Part shown: positions 8,119 through 16,141 of the stretch, piece after piece
Position numbering within the stretch: the stretch's first letter is position 1
Layout: each line of letters opens with the position of its first letter
Source of the DNA: an uncultured virus (IMG/VR IMGVR_UViG_3300035181_000699)
Lineage: Duplodnaviria; Heunggongvirae; Uroviricota; Caudoviricetes
DNA length: 20,000 bases
Virus record (IMG/VR): IMGVR_UViG_3300035181_000699
Strand: one strand, 5' to 3'
Notes under the pieces: generated by a model
What the model was told of the DNA's origin: nothing
The model's input: the letters and a program-made list of their open reading frames with translations, nothing else
Database searches by the model: none
Translations under genes and position numbers: made by a program

Positions 8119-8352
8119 TCACACCCCTATTGCTGGCGGAGGGTCTTTACGCTCTTCTGCTTGAAGACGCTCTGCTTCTATCCTGTAAATCGAAGCCAGC
8201 TGTTCACGTTGGCCCTGTACATAGTCGCATACAAAGTAGCAGCACCTGCTGCCACCACATGGTACTTTCTCTTTATTTTCCCATGCGCGCTGTAAGCGTA
8301 GACAGGTTTCTGGTGTGACCAATATGCGGTCATGAGGGCAAGCAAATTTCAT
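8119..8352 (-). CDS. Cys-rich hypothetical protein (paralog of 5272..5619)
   Basis: CPHDR..PETCLRLQ..CGGSRCC; TAATG coupling. Confidence 0.6.
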   Translation of the reverse strand: MKFACPHDRILVTPETCLRLQRAWENKEKVPCGGSRCCYFVCDYVQGQREQLASIYRIEAERLQAEERKDPPPAIGV

Positions 8353-8612
8353 TATTCCTTCTCCAATGGGTTCGGAAGATATTGCCAGTGGGTAGGATGG
8401 TAGTCATCATCAGCCCCACAGTTGTCTACCTCCCAGCGCTGTGTTTCTTTGTTCCAGTAGCAGTCAGCAAAAGAATAGCAGCGCGCCCATACCCAGCCTT
8501 CACCATCATCTGTTCTGCACCCGATGATTGGCTCTTCGGAGTCAGGCAGCAACAGCCAGACGGGCCGCTCCATAGGAGGCAGTTCGTCTTCTACTTTCAC
8601 CCACTCGCTCAT
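8352..8612 (-). CDS. DUF551-like phage protein
   Basis: Termini MSEWVKVEDELP and PTHWQYLP are typical of this family; start at 8612 after AGGTGA. Confidence 0.7.
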   Translation of the reverse strand: MSEWVKVEDELPPMERPVWLLLPDSEEPIIGCRTDDGEGWVWARCYSFADCYWNKETQRWEVDNCGADDDYHPTHWQYLPNPLEKE

Positions 8613-8616
8613 GGTT

Positions 8617-8895
8617 TCACCTGCACCAATCTCGTCGCTCACTTCGAGCTGCATACCACGCCCATTCCAACAATTGCTCTGCTTCAGCAGGGTTGCCAAG
8701 GGGTGTCAGGCTTCTCACTATGCCAAAGCCATTATCGTAACGCAACTGGGCTGCAACGCATACCAAGTTAGCCAAGCCGTACTTTTTTCGCACCACCTCC
8801 AAGTCGGTTCTAAGGTCTGCGAGTTCAGCGTTGAAGGCATCTTCGCTACTCGGGCGGCCCGTGAGCCAACAACACACCTGCTTTTTACTGTCCAT
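8617..8895 (-). CDS. Hypothetical protein, 92 aa
   Basis: GGAGGAGG RBS. Confidence 0.6.
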   Translation of the reverse strand: MDSKKQVCCWLTGRPSSEDAFNAELADLRTDLEVVRKKYGLANLVCVAAQLRYDNGFGIVRSLTPLGNPAEAEQLLEWAWYAARSERRDWCR

Positions 8896-9064
8896 CTTTA
8901 TCCTCCTCCTTTAGAGGATACCCTTGTGTCCACTCAATAAACCATGCCCACATAAGGAACAGCAGAGACGCATCCCAGAAGCCTGCTGACGCAGTCCCTA
9001 TGGAAGCCATTGCTAGGAAGAAAACTATGACGGTGGTAAAGAACTTAGCGACTTTGGGTTTCAT
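8885..9064 (-). CDS. Small membrane protein, 59 aa (absent from the ORF track)
   Basis: Manual translation MKPKVAKFFTTVIVFFLAMASIGTASAGFWDASLLFLMWAWFIEWTQGYPLKEEDKDGQ; GAGGAGG RBS; ATGA overlap. Confidence 0.6.
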   Translation of the reverse strand: MKPKVAKFFTTVIVFFLAMASIGTASAGFWDASLLFLMWAWFIEWTQGYPLKEEDKDGQ

Positions 9065-9279
9065 CTGGGTCCTCCTCTTCTCAACTTGGAAAGCACCCTT
9101 GACAAATCCATAGAAGCTCTTTTGACAGCTGCGGTCTCAACCCCGCCAAAGTTCATCACATCATCGTATGCTGTCTTACCAAGATGGTTGCGAACGCTCT
9201 TTAATCCTTCAAGTTCTTTGACCCTAGCTAAGAACCTTAGTGTTTCTTGCTTTGCTTCTTTCAAGAGTTTTTCTTCCAT
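9061..9279 (-). CDS. Hypothetical phage protein, 72 aa
   Basis: AAGGAG RBS before the ATG at 9279. Confidence 0.6.
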   Translation of the reverse strand: MEEKLLKEAKQETLRFLARVKELEGLKSVRNHLGKTAYDDVMNFGGVETAAVKRASMDLSRVLSKLRRGGPR

Positions 9280-9581
9280 CTGTCGTTCTCCTTGGTAGTT
9301 TCTTCTACAATAATTAACCCATTTTCTCTTTTGATTACACGTATCCAAGGCCCAGGAGTTGGGTCAATGGCTAGTCTCCTAAACAGTTCCCCACTGAATC
9401 TATGACCAAAAATAGTAAACACATCATTCATTGGGTTGTATACATTAGCAGCCATCATACTTAGCATGGTTCCTGGCATCAATATGAAGAAGGCCCATCT
9501 AACCCACCAAGGCATATAACAGCCTTCTGGGGTTTTGCTTAGGCTCTTGATGAAGTAAGCCAACTTGATATTCCAATTCAT
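9261..9581 (-). CDS. Hypothetical protein, possibly with one TM segment
   Basis: AAGGAGG RBS; directly downstream of a promoter motif. Confidence 0.65.
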   Translation of the reverse strand: MNWNIKLAYFIKSLSKTPEGCYMPWWVRWAFFILMPGTMLSMMAANVYNPMNDVFTIFGHRFSGELFRRLAIDPTPGPWIRVIKRENGLIIVEETTKENDRWKKNS

Positions 9582-9602
9582 GTTTGACCTCCTTATCTCT
9601 AT

Positions 9603-9630
9603 TATTCAGCTTAACATTAGAAAAATAAAG
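9603..9630 (-). promoter_or_regulatory. Putative phage promoter CTTTA-N15-GCTGAATA
   Basis: Intergenic; matches the other copies in sequence and spacing. Confidence 0.6.
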
Positions 9631-9631
9631 A

Positions 9632-11512
9632 CTACAGCAATCCTCTCTTAACAACTGGGCCCAGGCCTACAAGCACTCCTTTGTCCATCATAGCGTTCTG
9701 AGCTTCTTCTCTGGGCCATAACCAAGGCTTCTCAGCATTGGGCCACAGCTCCCCTAGATACTCTGGAGGGAAGCAGGCCTTCCTCATCTGCCAAAGCACT
9801 TCCCAGTCAACTCCAACAGTTGACTCTTTATGGTCTTCTTGTATGTGGCATATTTCTTCAGCCAGCCGGTCAATGTAGTAGCCAATGTACCTGTGCCTAC
9901 GATACAGACCTTTGTAGGCACAAAGCGCAGATTCTAACAACCAGTAATCAACAGCTATGTGCGGGAATGTGGCTTTGACTAAATGGTACAGTTCGTCAAG
10001 GTCAGTGTTTAGTTCCTTGAGTATGTCCTTCGTCATCTTGGCATCAACATATTGGTCTTTGCTAACAGCGTAGCACAGCCCGTTCCTACTGCTGAGGGCA
10101 TCGGGTAGGAACATGGTGTCTGCGAGTATTGGCATGCCCATGCATCTGTGTAGAGTTTCAGTGTAGTAGAAGGCACTGTATCGGCCAAACCTGTCAAACT
10201 TCATAACTTCTTTCCAGACATTGTGGAAGTTGACGACAGGGTCTTCAGAGGTCAATAACTCTGCAAACCATTCTTCTTGGGTGCGCTGGCCTATGGCTGC
10301 CTTGTAGGATACAAACATGTCAACCAAATGCCCTTTGCAGTATCTGCGGTCGGTTTCATACCGCAGTTCTCGCCAATGCTGTTTGTGCCACCGCTCAAGT
10401 CTCCCTAAATCAACCTTCTCAAACTCAGGGAATTCTTGCATAAACCAAAAGAGGCTACCAATTTGGTAGAACACCCCATACAACCAACAGACCCAATACT
10501 CCTGTTCCTTGCTGAGTTCATATCTGCGGAACAGATAGTTGATGGCAGGGTATGCTGGGTCAACGTCCCAGGTGACAGTTACAGCCGCATAGTAAAGCAG
10601 GAAAGCCTTCAGCCTGTTTTCTAATTTGCGGAAGTCAAGATGCTGTGCGACAGGAAAGTCTAGCCTGGGGTCAGACTGTACAGCTTCAGGTTGGAGTATT
10701 TCAGGGAATACAAGCTGAGGGCGCTGGAATCTGAATTCTTTGGGGTATTCAAAGGACAAAGGGTATGTATTGTTGGGGTTCTGAACGTCTATGATTGTAT
10801 ATGGGGGTACTTCCTGGTGCTCAATAGTCATTTGCATCCGCTCAGCTACCCTGTTGATGATGTCCTCTGTGCTAGCAAACCCTTTGACACCTAGCGAGGC
10901 AATGGAGAACAGCCACAGAGGCCTGATATGGTCTCTGACGCATAACATAGGCAGCCAACGCCCCATTATGCCTAGAGCGAAGACGGGAGGTTCAATCCCG
11001 TGGATACGGTGCAGTGCTTTGCCAAGAGCATTAGCCAGTGTGGCAGAGCTGCGGTCTTCAAGAGGGTCCTCTTTGATTGCTCTAAGCACGTGCTGTAGAA
11101 TCACTTCAGAATCATTGTAGGAATTGGTCTTGATGCCATACTGGTTCTCGAATTCTTCCTTAGTGCCCATGGACACAAGTCCATTATGTACCAAGGAAAC
11201 TTCTTCTGCCTCAAGTGGCTGGTTATTGGCATTGTCATCCCAGTCCCCGCTGGTAGAGTACCGGCAGTGCCCCAGGACTCGAACGTTGACCCCACCTATG
11301 GGCACTGACGTGTTGTACATATTGGTCTTGACAAATTCTGTAGCAGGCACAGGATGTTTGACAGTCACCAGGTTAGGCACCATGCCACTGCTCCAGGTCA
11401 CACCAGTGGCATGCCTCCCCCTGACTTGGCTCTCAAGCAATAGAGCTTCAGTCAGCTTAGCATGATTTTCGTTGAATTCTCCTTCAACTACAAACCCAAA
11501 TATGCCGCACAT
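9632..11512 (-). CDS. Fusion of class II (Ntn) glutamine amidotransferase and amino acid:DNA transferase (aGPT-Pplase2/AADT) domain
   Basis: N-terminal: MCGIFG (Cys nucleophile), RGRHATG, LGHCRYST, NNQPL, VHNG, DSEVI, RD..RPL. C-terminal: DVDPAY, ETDRRYCKG, FGRYSAFYYTE, LESALCAYK, RYIGYYIDR. AAGGAGG RBS. Confidence 0.8.
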   Translation of the reverse strand: MCGIFGFVVEGEFNENHAKLTEALLLESQVRGRHATGVTWSSGMVPNLVTVKHPVPATEFVKTNMYNTSVPIGGVNVRVLGHCRYSTSGDWDDNANNQPLEAEEVSLVHNGLVSMGTKEEFENQYGIKTNSYNDSEVILQHVLRAIKEDPLEDRSSATLANALGKALHRIHGIEPPVFALGIMGRWLPMLCVRDHIRPLWLFSIASLGVKGFASTEDIINRVAERMQMTIEHQEVPPYTIIDVQNPNNTYPLSFEYPKEFRFQRPQLVFPEILQPEAVQSDPRLDFPVAQHLDFRKLENRLKAFLLYYAAVTVTWDVDPAYPAINYLFRRYELSKEQEYWVCWLYGVFYQIGSLFWFMQEFPEFEKVDLGRLERWHKQHWRELRYETDRRYCKGHLVDMFVSYKAAIGQRTQEEWFAELLTSEDPVVNFHNVWKEVMKFDRFGRYSAFYYTETLHRCMGMPILADTMFLPDALSSRNGLCYAVSKDQYVDAKMTKDILKELNTDLDELYHLVKATFPHIAVDYWLLESALCAYKGLYRRHRYIGYYIDRLAEEICHIQEDHKESTVGVDWEVLWQMRKACFPPEYLGELWPNAEKPWLWPREEAQNAMMDKGVLVGLGPVVKRGLL

Positions 11513-11553
11513 GTCAGTGGTTTGCCCTCCTTGTCAGGTCAGCTCATAGATGG

Positions 11554-11712
11554 CTAATTTTTCTTCTGTTGCATCGCCCCAAAGACAAGGATGAGCACTA
11601 GCAGAAAGAACGTGGCAGCATCGAATCTCGCATAAGACAGAGCAATGAGCACAGCTACCCCAAACCCAATCAAAACACAGCCTTCCGCCAGCCACTTCAG
11701 TTGCTCAATCAT
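11554..11712 (-). CDS. Small two-TM membrane protein
   Basis: Two hydrophobic stretches and a basic C-terminus; AGGAG RBS before the ATG at 11712. Confidence 0.55.
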   Translation of the reverse strand: MIEQLKWLAEGCVLIGFGVAVLIALSYARFDAATFFLLVLILVFGAMQQKKN

Positions 11713-11883
11713 TGGGTTTCTCCTACCTTTCTCAAGCTCCATGCTACTGCCAGCGCCACTTCCATACCAACCTCCCAGGTTAGAGCAGCACAGTTGCGGC
11801 CTGGCAGTGAGGGCTTTGCTGTCGCAGACACTGCCAGGCCCGTCAAACCCCTGTCTAGGCCCATCCCAGACATGGGGGTTTGA

Positions 11884-12642
11884 CTATTCCTGTGGGGGTT
11901 CACTGGGGGCTGTCGAGCTTTCCAAGGGCAGAACAGCCTCCTGGGGCTTGTTTTCCTGCTTCTTCTCCTTCTTAGGAGGAGTCGATGGCTTGCGCACTGG
12001 CGCAGGATGGTTCTTGAGGTGTGTCTTGATGGCCTCAACCAGGTCCTCCGGCTTGCCTACCCAGACTTTCTTGTCCTGGTAGCACAGGGCGATACCCTGC
12101 GGAGTACCATGGATGTGCAGGTTGCTGCAGTTTCCGCCACGGAGCCTGAAGTAGCGAGGGGTGTTGTCAGAATGCATCACCATCTCGCAGCCAATTTCAT
12201 CATGGAGTATCTTGCTCAGCAGCTTCTCCCCCTTCGTCAAGTCTGGCAACTCTGTGGGGCGCAGAATGGACAGCCAGCTCACCTGCTCGACCTCCTGTGG
12301 GTCATACCGACGACCTTTGGGCCCAGGTTTGCCTTTCTCTTTCTTTTCCTGCGGCTTGGGTGCAGACTTGGTCTTAGCAGCCTTTGCTGGGGTTTCCTCC
12401 TTGACCGGAGCAGCCGTGGCAGCCTGTGCCTTTTCCTGGGCAGCAGCCTCCGCCGCTGCCTTCTTAATCTCTTCCACGTCCTTCTTTGTAATCCTCTTCA
12501 CGTCTACCATTGTTTCCTCCTTTTGGCACTGCTCTTTTACTGGGCACAGCTGGCAGGCTTGAGCTGCTGGGTCATAGTAACAGCCGAAACAGCTTTGGTT
12601 CTCTACCAGGCGTGTCAGTCGTTCAGTTAGGGCCTCGTCCAC
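11884..12642 (-). CDS. Hypothetical protein with Cys-rich N-terminal module and Lys/Ala/Pro-rich linker; strong internal start at 12510
   Basis: GTG start after AGGAG and a promoter motif; CFGC..CQLC..C; in-frame AAGGAGGAAACAATG at 12510. Confidence 0.65.
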   Translation of the reverse strand: MDEALTERLTRLVENQSCFGCYYDPAAQACQLCPVKEQCQKEETMVDVKRITKKDVEEIKKAAAEAAAQEKAQAATAAPVKEETPAKAAKTKSAPKPQEKKEKGKPGPKGRRYDPQEVEQVSWLSILRPTELPDLTKGEKLLSKILHDEIGCEMVMHSDNTPRYFRLRGGNCSNLHIHGTPQGIALCYQDKKVWVGKPEDLVEAIKTHLKNHPAPVRKPSTPPKKEKKQENKPQEAVLPLESSTAPSEPPQE

Positions 12643-12665
12643 TTCTTTATCTCCTACACTTCTGG

Positions 12666-12693
12666 TATTCAGCTTTTCAGATAATAAGTTAAG
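12666..12693 (-). promoter_or_regulatory. Putative phage promoter CTTAA-N15-GCTGAATA
   Basis: Overlaps the helicase stop codon; matches the other copies. Confidence 0.6.
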
Positions 12694-14098
12694 CAGCTTG
12701 AGACTGTAGCAGAGCCAGCAGTGTGTCCGCCGCTGGAGCTGGGGGGCTATCTACCTGACCAGCCGTTGCCGCCGACGCCATGCTTCTCTTGCCTTCTATC
12801 ATGCTGTAAGCATACTCATCAACCGTCTTCGGGGCAAGCAAATACCAGCAGTTGACTGGCTGAGTTTGCCCAATTCTGTGTACCCTGTCCTCTGCTTGGT
12901 CGTGCTCTGCTGAGTTCCACCCTAGCTCTACAAATGCCACGTTGGAGGCAGCTGTTAGAGTGAGACCCACTCCCGCAGCCTTCAGCGAGCAGATTATCAA
13001 CTGGCAGTTGGGGTCGGTTTGGAATCTGTGCACTTGCTGATTCCTAACTTCTGCGCTGTCCTCCCCCAAAATGTGTGCTGAGTTAGGCCACAGCGCCAGC
13101 AGCTTGCGTTGAACTTCTACATGCTCGGCGAAGAGAACCAGCTTAGACCCAGTGGACAGAAACGTTTCCACCCAGTTCTGCACTCCTTGCAGTTTGCCCA
13201 GCCCAACCATCAGCCTCAATTGCTCCAGGCCTCCGAGCAAGGAGAAGTTTTCGTCCTTGCTATGCCTCAATATCTCCTTGACCTTTCGGTTGTAGTCTTC
13301 CAGGTTGCTCAGCTCCAGGTGTATTATGGTCCTCTGCTTTGCTGGCAGCTCCTTCAGCACATCTTTCTTCTCTCGACGCAAGTAGCACGACTGTCTCAGA
13401 GTAGCATTGAGCTTGGTCATGTTATGGATGTTGATAGTCTTGAAAGAGCCTCCATTGCAGTATTGATGAGAAAACCACCAAAACCCGCCCAGAGCTTTCA
13501 TTTGGTCTAGCATAGACAGCAGAGCAACCAGCTCGTCTGGCCGATTCAATATTGGTGTTCCTGTCAAAAGCAGCCGTATGTCAATCATGCTGGCAAGATG
13601 CTTGACGCTCCCTGTGCGTTGGGCCTTTGGGTTTTTGATGTAGTGTGCTTCGTCTAGCACCAGAGACTTGGCTCTCAACTCTATCAGCTTTCTGTGCCAA
13701 TAGTATGCTATGTCATAATTCAGAATGATTATGTCTGCGTCTATGTCATATGGGGATGTGCCTTGCAGCACCTGCGCTTTCCTAGCAGGCAGCCATTTGT
13801 GGGCTTCTTCCGCCCAGTTTAATTTCAAAGACGCTGGGCTGATAACAATACAAGGAAATGCCTTGTTGTGCTCTACGGTTGCCAAGGTCTGTATTGTTTT
13901 ACCCAGGCCCATCTCGTCAGCAAGCAGCACCCGTTTCCGGGATGACATATACCTCACGCCAGCAGCTTGATATCCTCTCAGCTTGCCAGCGAAGTTGGGG
14001 ATGTCAATATCTGACTCATCCAAGGCATTCCTTGCAGGTTGTGCGTTGAACAGCTTATCCCATATGCCCATGTCTATACCTCTGCCAGCTGCTACCAT
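12689..14098 (-). CDS. SNF2-family helicase/ATPase, SMARCAL1/HARP-like
   Basis: LLADEMGLGKT, DEAH, LTGTP, RREKKDVLKELPAK, AAGVGLTLTAA, QAEDRVHRIGQ; the start may be 14071. Confidence 0.9.
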   Translation of the reverse strand: MVAAGRGIDMGIWDKLFNAQPARNALDESDIDIPNFAGKLRGYQAAGVRYMSSRKRVLLADEMGLGKTIQTLATVEHNKAFPCIVISPASLKLNWAEEAHKWLPARKAQVLQGTSPYDIDADIIILNYDIAYYWHRKLIELRAKSLVLDEAHYIKNPKAQRTGSVKHLASMIDIRLLLTGTPILNRPDELVALLSMLDQMKALGGFWWFSHQYCNGGSFKTINIHNMTKLNATLRQSCYLRREKKDVLKELPAKQRTIIHLELSNLEDYNRKVKEILRHSKDENFSLLGGLEQLRLMVGLGKLQGVQNWVETFLSTGSKLVLFAEHVEVQRKLLALWPNSAHILGEDSAEVRNQQVHRFQTDPNCQLIICSLKAAGVGLTLTAASNVAFVELGWNSAEHDQAEDRVHRIGQTQPVNCWYLLAPKTVDEYAYSMIEGKRSMASAATAGQVDSPPAPAADTLLALLQSQAA

Positions 14099-14373
14099 AA
14101 TTGTGCTGCAAATGCCTTCAGCACTTTCTCGCGCCAGGCATTGTAAGCGCTTTCTGTTACAAACCGAGTTCCACAGCCGCCCTTGTAAACATCAGAGAAT
14201 CCACAGGCATATATGCCTTTAATTTCTCGTCCATCGTCTAGCAGGACATTGACCTGGTCGGCATAAGTGCCTGTAGACCCGCCAGAGAATGTTATCACAC
14301 CATGCCCTGGTTCATTGGCCTGGTCCCCTGTGTAGTACACCCTGGTCCCCACTGGCAATTGTTCTATCTTCAT
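14092..14373 (-). CDS. Hypothetical protein, SH3-like beta-rich appearance
   Basis: AAGGAGGAG RBS; LPVGTRVYY..GHGVI. Confidence 0.65.
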   Translation of the reverse strand: MKIEQLPVGTRVYYTGDQANEPGHGVITFSGGSTGTYADQVNVLLDDGREIKGIYACGFSDVYKGGCGTRFVTESAYNAWREKVLKAFAAQLW

Positions 14374-14401
14374 GGCAGCTCCTCCTTCTTGGTTTCCTTG
14401 C

Positions 14402-14593
14402 TTATGCGTACCCCCATTCGAAAGCCTGCTCTGCCTCTTCCCAAGCTTCTGCTATATCTCCATGCCCTAACTCCCGAAGCATCGTAAGCAAGAAAGCATC
14501 CGCCAAAATATGGGCGTATTTCTTGTCGTTGACCTGCTCCGCCATTTGCCTCCAGAAAATTGATATTTGCTTCTCTTTGTCAACTTTGCTCAT
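14402..14593 (-). CDS. Hypothetical protein, 63 aa
   Basis: AAGGAGGAG RBS before the ATG at 14593. Confidence 0.6.
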   Translation of the reverse strand: MSKVDKEKQISIFWRQMAEQVNDKKYAHILADAFLLTMLRELGHGDIAEAWEEAEQAFEWGYA

Positions 14594-14604
14594 GTTCTCC
14601 TCCT

Positions 14605-14808
14605 TCATTCGTATCCCTTGTACATGCCATACTCCGGGCCGCATTCCGGGTTGGCCTTGGCTCTCCTGCGCTCTCTGCGAATTTGCCATTTTCTCTTCCA
14701 GTGAAACCACCTGTACCGTTTCTGGAGATGGTACTTCCTGTTGTATGGCTTGCCCCAGCCTCCTATGAAGCGAGGATGATCAGGCTGGTCAGGCCTCCCA
14801 TAACTCAT
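14605..14808 (-). CDS. Arg/Lys-rich small protein
   Basis: AGGAGG RBS; KRKWQIRRERRRAK. Confidence 0.5.
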   Translation of the reverse strand: MSYGRPDQPDHPRFIGGWGKPYNRKYHLQKRYRWFHWKRKWQIRRERRRAKANPECGPEYGMYKGYE

Positions 14809-14826
14809 GCTGTGCCTCCTGGTCCT

Positions 14827-15048
14827 TCAGTCATAATATGCGTATGCCTTGCACCCGCTGAATGCTGTAGTCTCCTCTTCGGGCTGGTATCTGGTGCCAT
14901 ATATGCATTCGCACCCATACCACAAACACCTCTGACACAGCTTGTGGTATATCCTCTCCGGGACTTCCTTCTGGTCCTGAGGAGGGACTGGCCTCCTCGG
15001 GGTCGTCGGTGGGTCAAACTTCCAGACTTTATTGGCCCGTTCGGTCAT
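14827..15048 (-). CDS. Small Cys-rich protein
   Basis: GGAGGTGACAG-ATG; CQRC..CEC..C. Confidence 0.6.
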   Translation of the reverse strand: MTERANKVWKFDPPTTPRRPVPPQDQKEVPERIYHKLCQRCLWYGCECIYGTRYQPEEETTAFSGCKAYAYYD

Positions 15049-15401
15049 CTGTCACCTCCTGCTTGATACCTTGGGCTCAAACCATTCTTAGCAACGCTTC
15101 TCTCGATAGCCTGTCTTACCCGTGTGATCCCCATCCGGAGCAGCATGCTATCGCAATCCTCTATAGCACGTGCTTTGGTGTTCGCCCTAGTGGATATGCC
15201 AAACCCACTTTTGGCTTCCACTACGTGCCACTTGCCCTTGTCACTACTCCCATCAATCCAGGTCTTGTACGCAAACAACTCCAGGTCCTCAAAGCCTGTG
15301 ACAACCACCTTGTATGCCTTTGGCACCTCCACAAACTTCAGGTCGTTGTCCATATACACCATGGCCCAATACCTATTTTCTTTTCCTGGGGCTGGTTTCA
15401 T
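15045..15401 (-). CDS. Hypothetical protein, 118 aa
   Basis: GGAGGTGACAG-ATG; ATGA overlaps at both ends. Confidence 0.7.
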   Translation of the reverse strand: MKPAPGKENRYWAMVYMDNDLKFVEVPKAYKVVVTGFEDLELFAYKTWIDGSSDKGKWHVVEAKSGFGISTRANTKARAIEDCDSMLLRMGITRVRQAIERSVAKNGLSPRYQAGGDR

Positions 15402-15610
15402 CTGTCACCTCCATGTGGTAATGCTATTATCTTTTTGAGCACTTGAAAGAGCGCATCAACTGCTTCGCTCTCGGTGCTGTACAGGCTGGTGGTCTGTGTA
15501 TGTGGGGTTGATATCTTGAGCATCCACTGCTGTTTCTTTGCTGGGGCATGAGTTACCTCGAGCTTGAGCTTGACCCCCTGCACCTTCACCTTAGTCACCA
15601 TGCTCTTCAT
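15398..15610 (-). CDS. Hypothetical protein, 70 aa
   Basis: GGAG-rich RBS; ATGA overlap. Confidence 0.6.
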   Translation of the reverse strand: MKSMVTKVKVQGVKLKLEVTHAPAKKQQWMLKISTPHTQTTSLYSTESEAVDALFQVLKKIIALPHGGDR

Positions 15611-16110
15611 TTTGCTCTCCCTCTCCTGCTCCGGTGGAATGCACCACACTCCCGGCAATACCACCCATCCGCAAGTTTATCGTCTTGGATGACGTTCTCC
15701 CAGTAGTCGAGCTTTTCCATTGCTCTTATTTCAGAGCGGCAGCTTGCTTCCAGCTCGGCCAATGCCTTTGTGTCTGCCTCATACATCTTTTTGGCCTCTT
15801 CGGCATCGTCTACATTGCGTTCATAGTCCTCCAACTCCGTCATGTCTCTGAGTGTAGAGACTGACATCCATCCTCCAGACCTCCCAAACTGTACAAGCCT
15901 GGCGTCTTTGCCGAAGAGGCGTTCGATTTCTACGGTCATGTCCTCCCAGAACATGTCAAACGCCCTGTCACGTATTTTGTCCACGGCGTGGTCTGCTGTG
16001 GCCTCGTCACAGTGGTACTTCTCCATGAAGTCATACGCATCGAACATCCCAGGGCACTTGATGTTTATGCAGGGCCAGTATGCTCTCTCATAATACCGTT
16101 TCTCTGCCAT
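15607..16110 (-). CDS. Acidic hypothetical protein with C-terminal CxxC
   Basis: AAGGAGGTGTAAG-ATG at 16110; the longer 5' extension in the ORF track overlaps the upstream gene. Confidence 0.7.
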   Translation of the reverse strand: MAEKRYYERAYWPCINIKCPGMFDAYDFMEKYHCDEATADHAVDKIRDRAFDMFWEDMTVEIERLFGKDARLVQFGRSGGWMSVSTLRDMTELEDYERNVDDAEEAKKMYEADTKALAELEASCRSEIRAMEKLDYWENVIQDDKLADGWYCRECGAFHRSRRGRAK

Positions 16111-16141
16111 CTTACACCTCCTTCTGCCCGTGGTGTTGGCC

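Noticed and set aside
9632..11512. Annotation as asparagine synthetase, GlmS or PurF
   Set aside because: Only the N-terminal GATase domain matches; the C-terminus lacks the SGGxDS, SIS or PRPP-binding motifs and shows AADT-type motifs
11709..12038. 109-aa ORF on the - strand
   Set aside because: About half overlaps 11884..12642 out of frame; a short 3' part might be real, but support is weak
12007..12630. Long antisense ORFs (e.g. 12007..12630, 16451..17167, 7247..7777, 14289..14768 on +)
   Set aside because: They shadow well-supported - strand genes with strong RBSs and show no recognisable motifs
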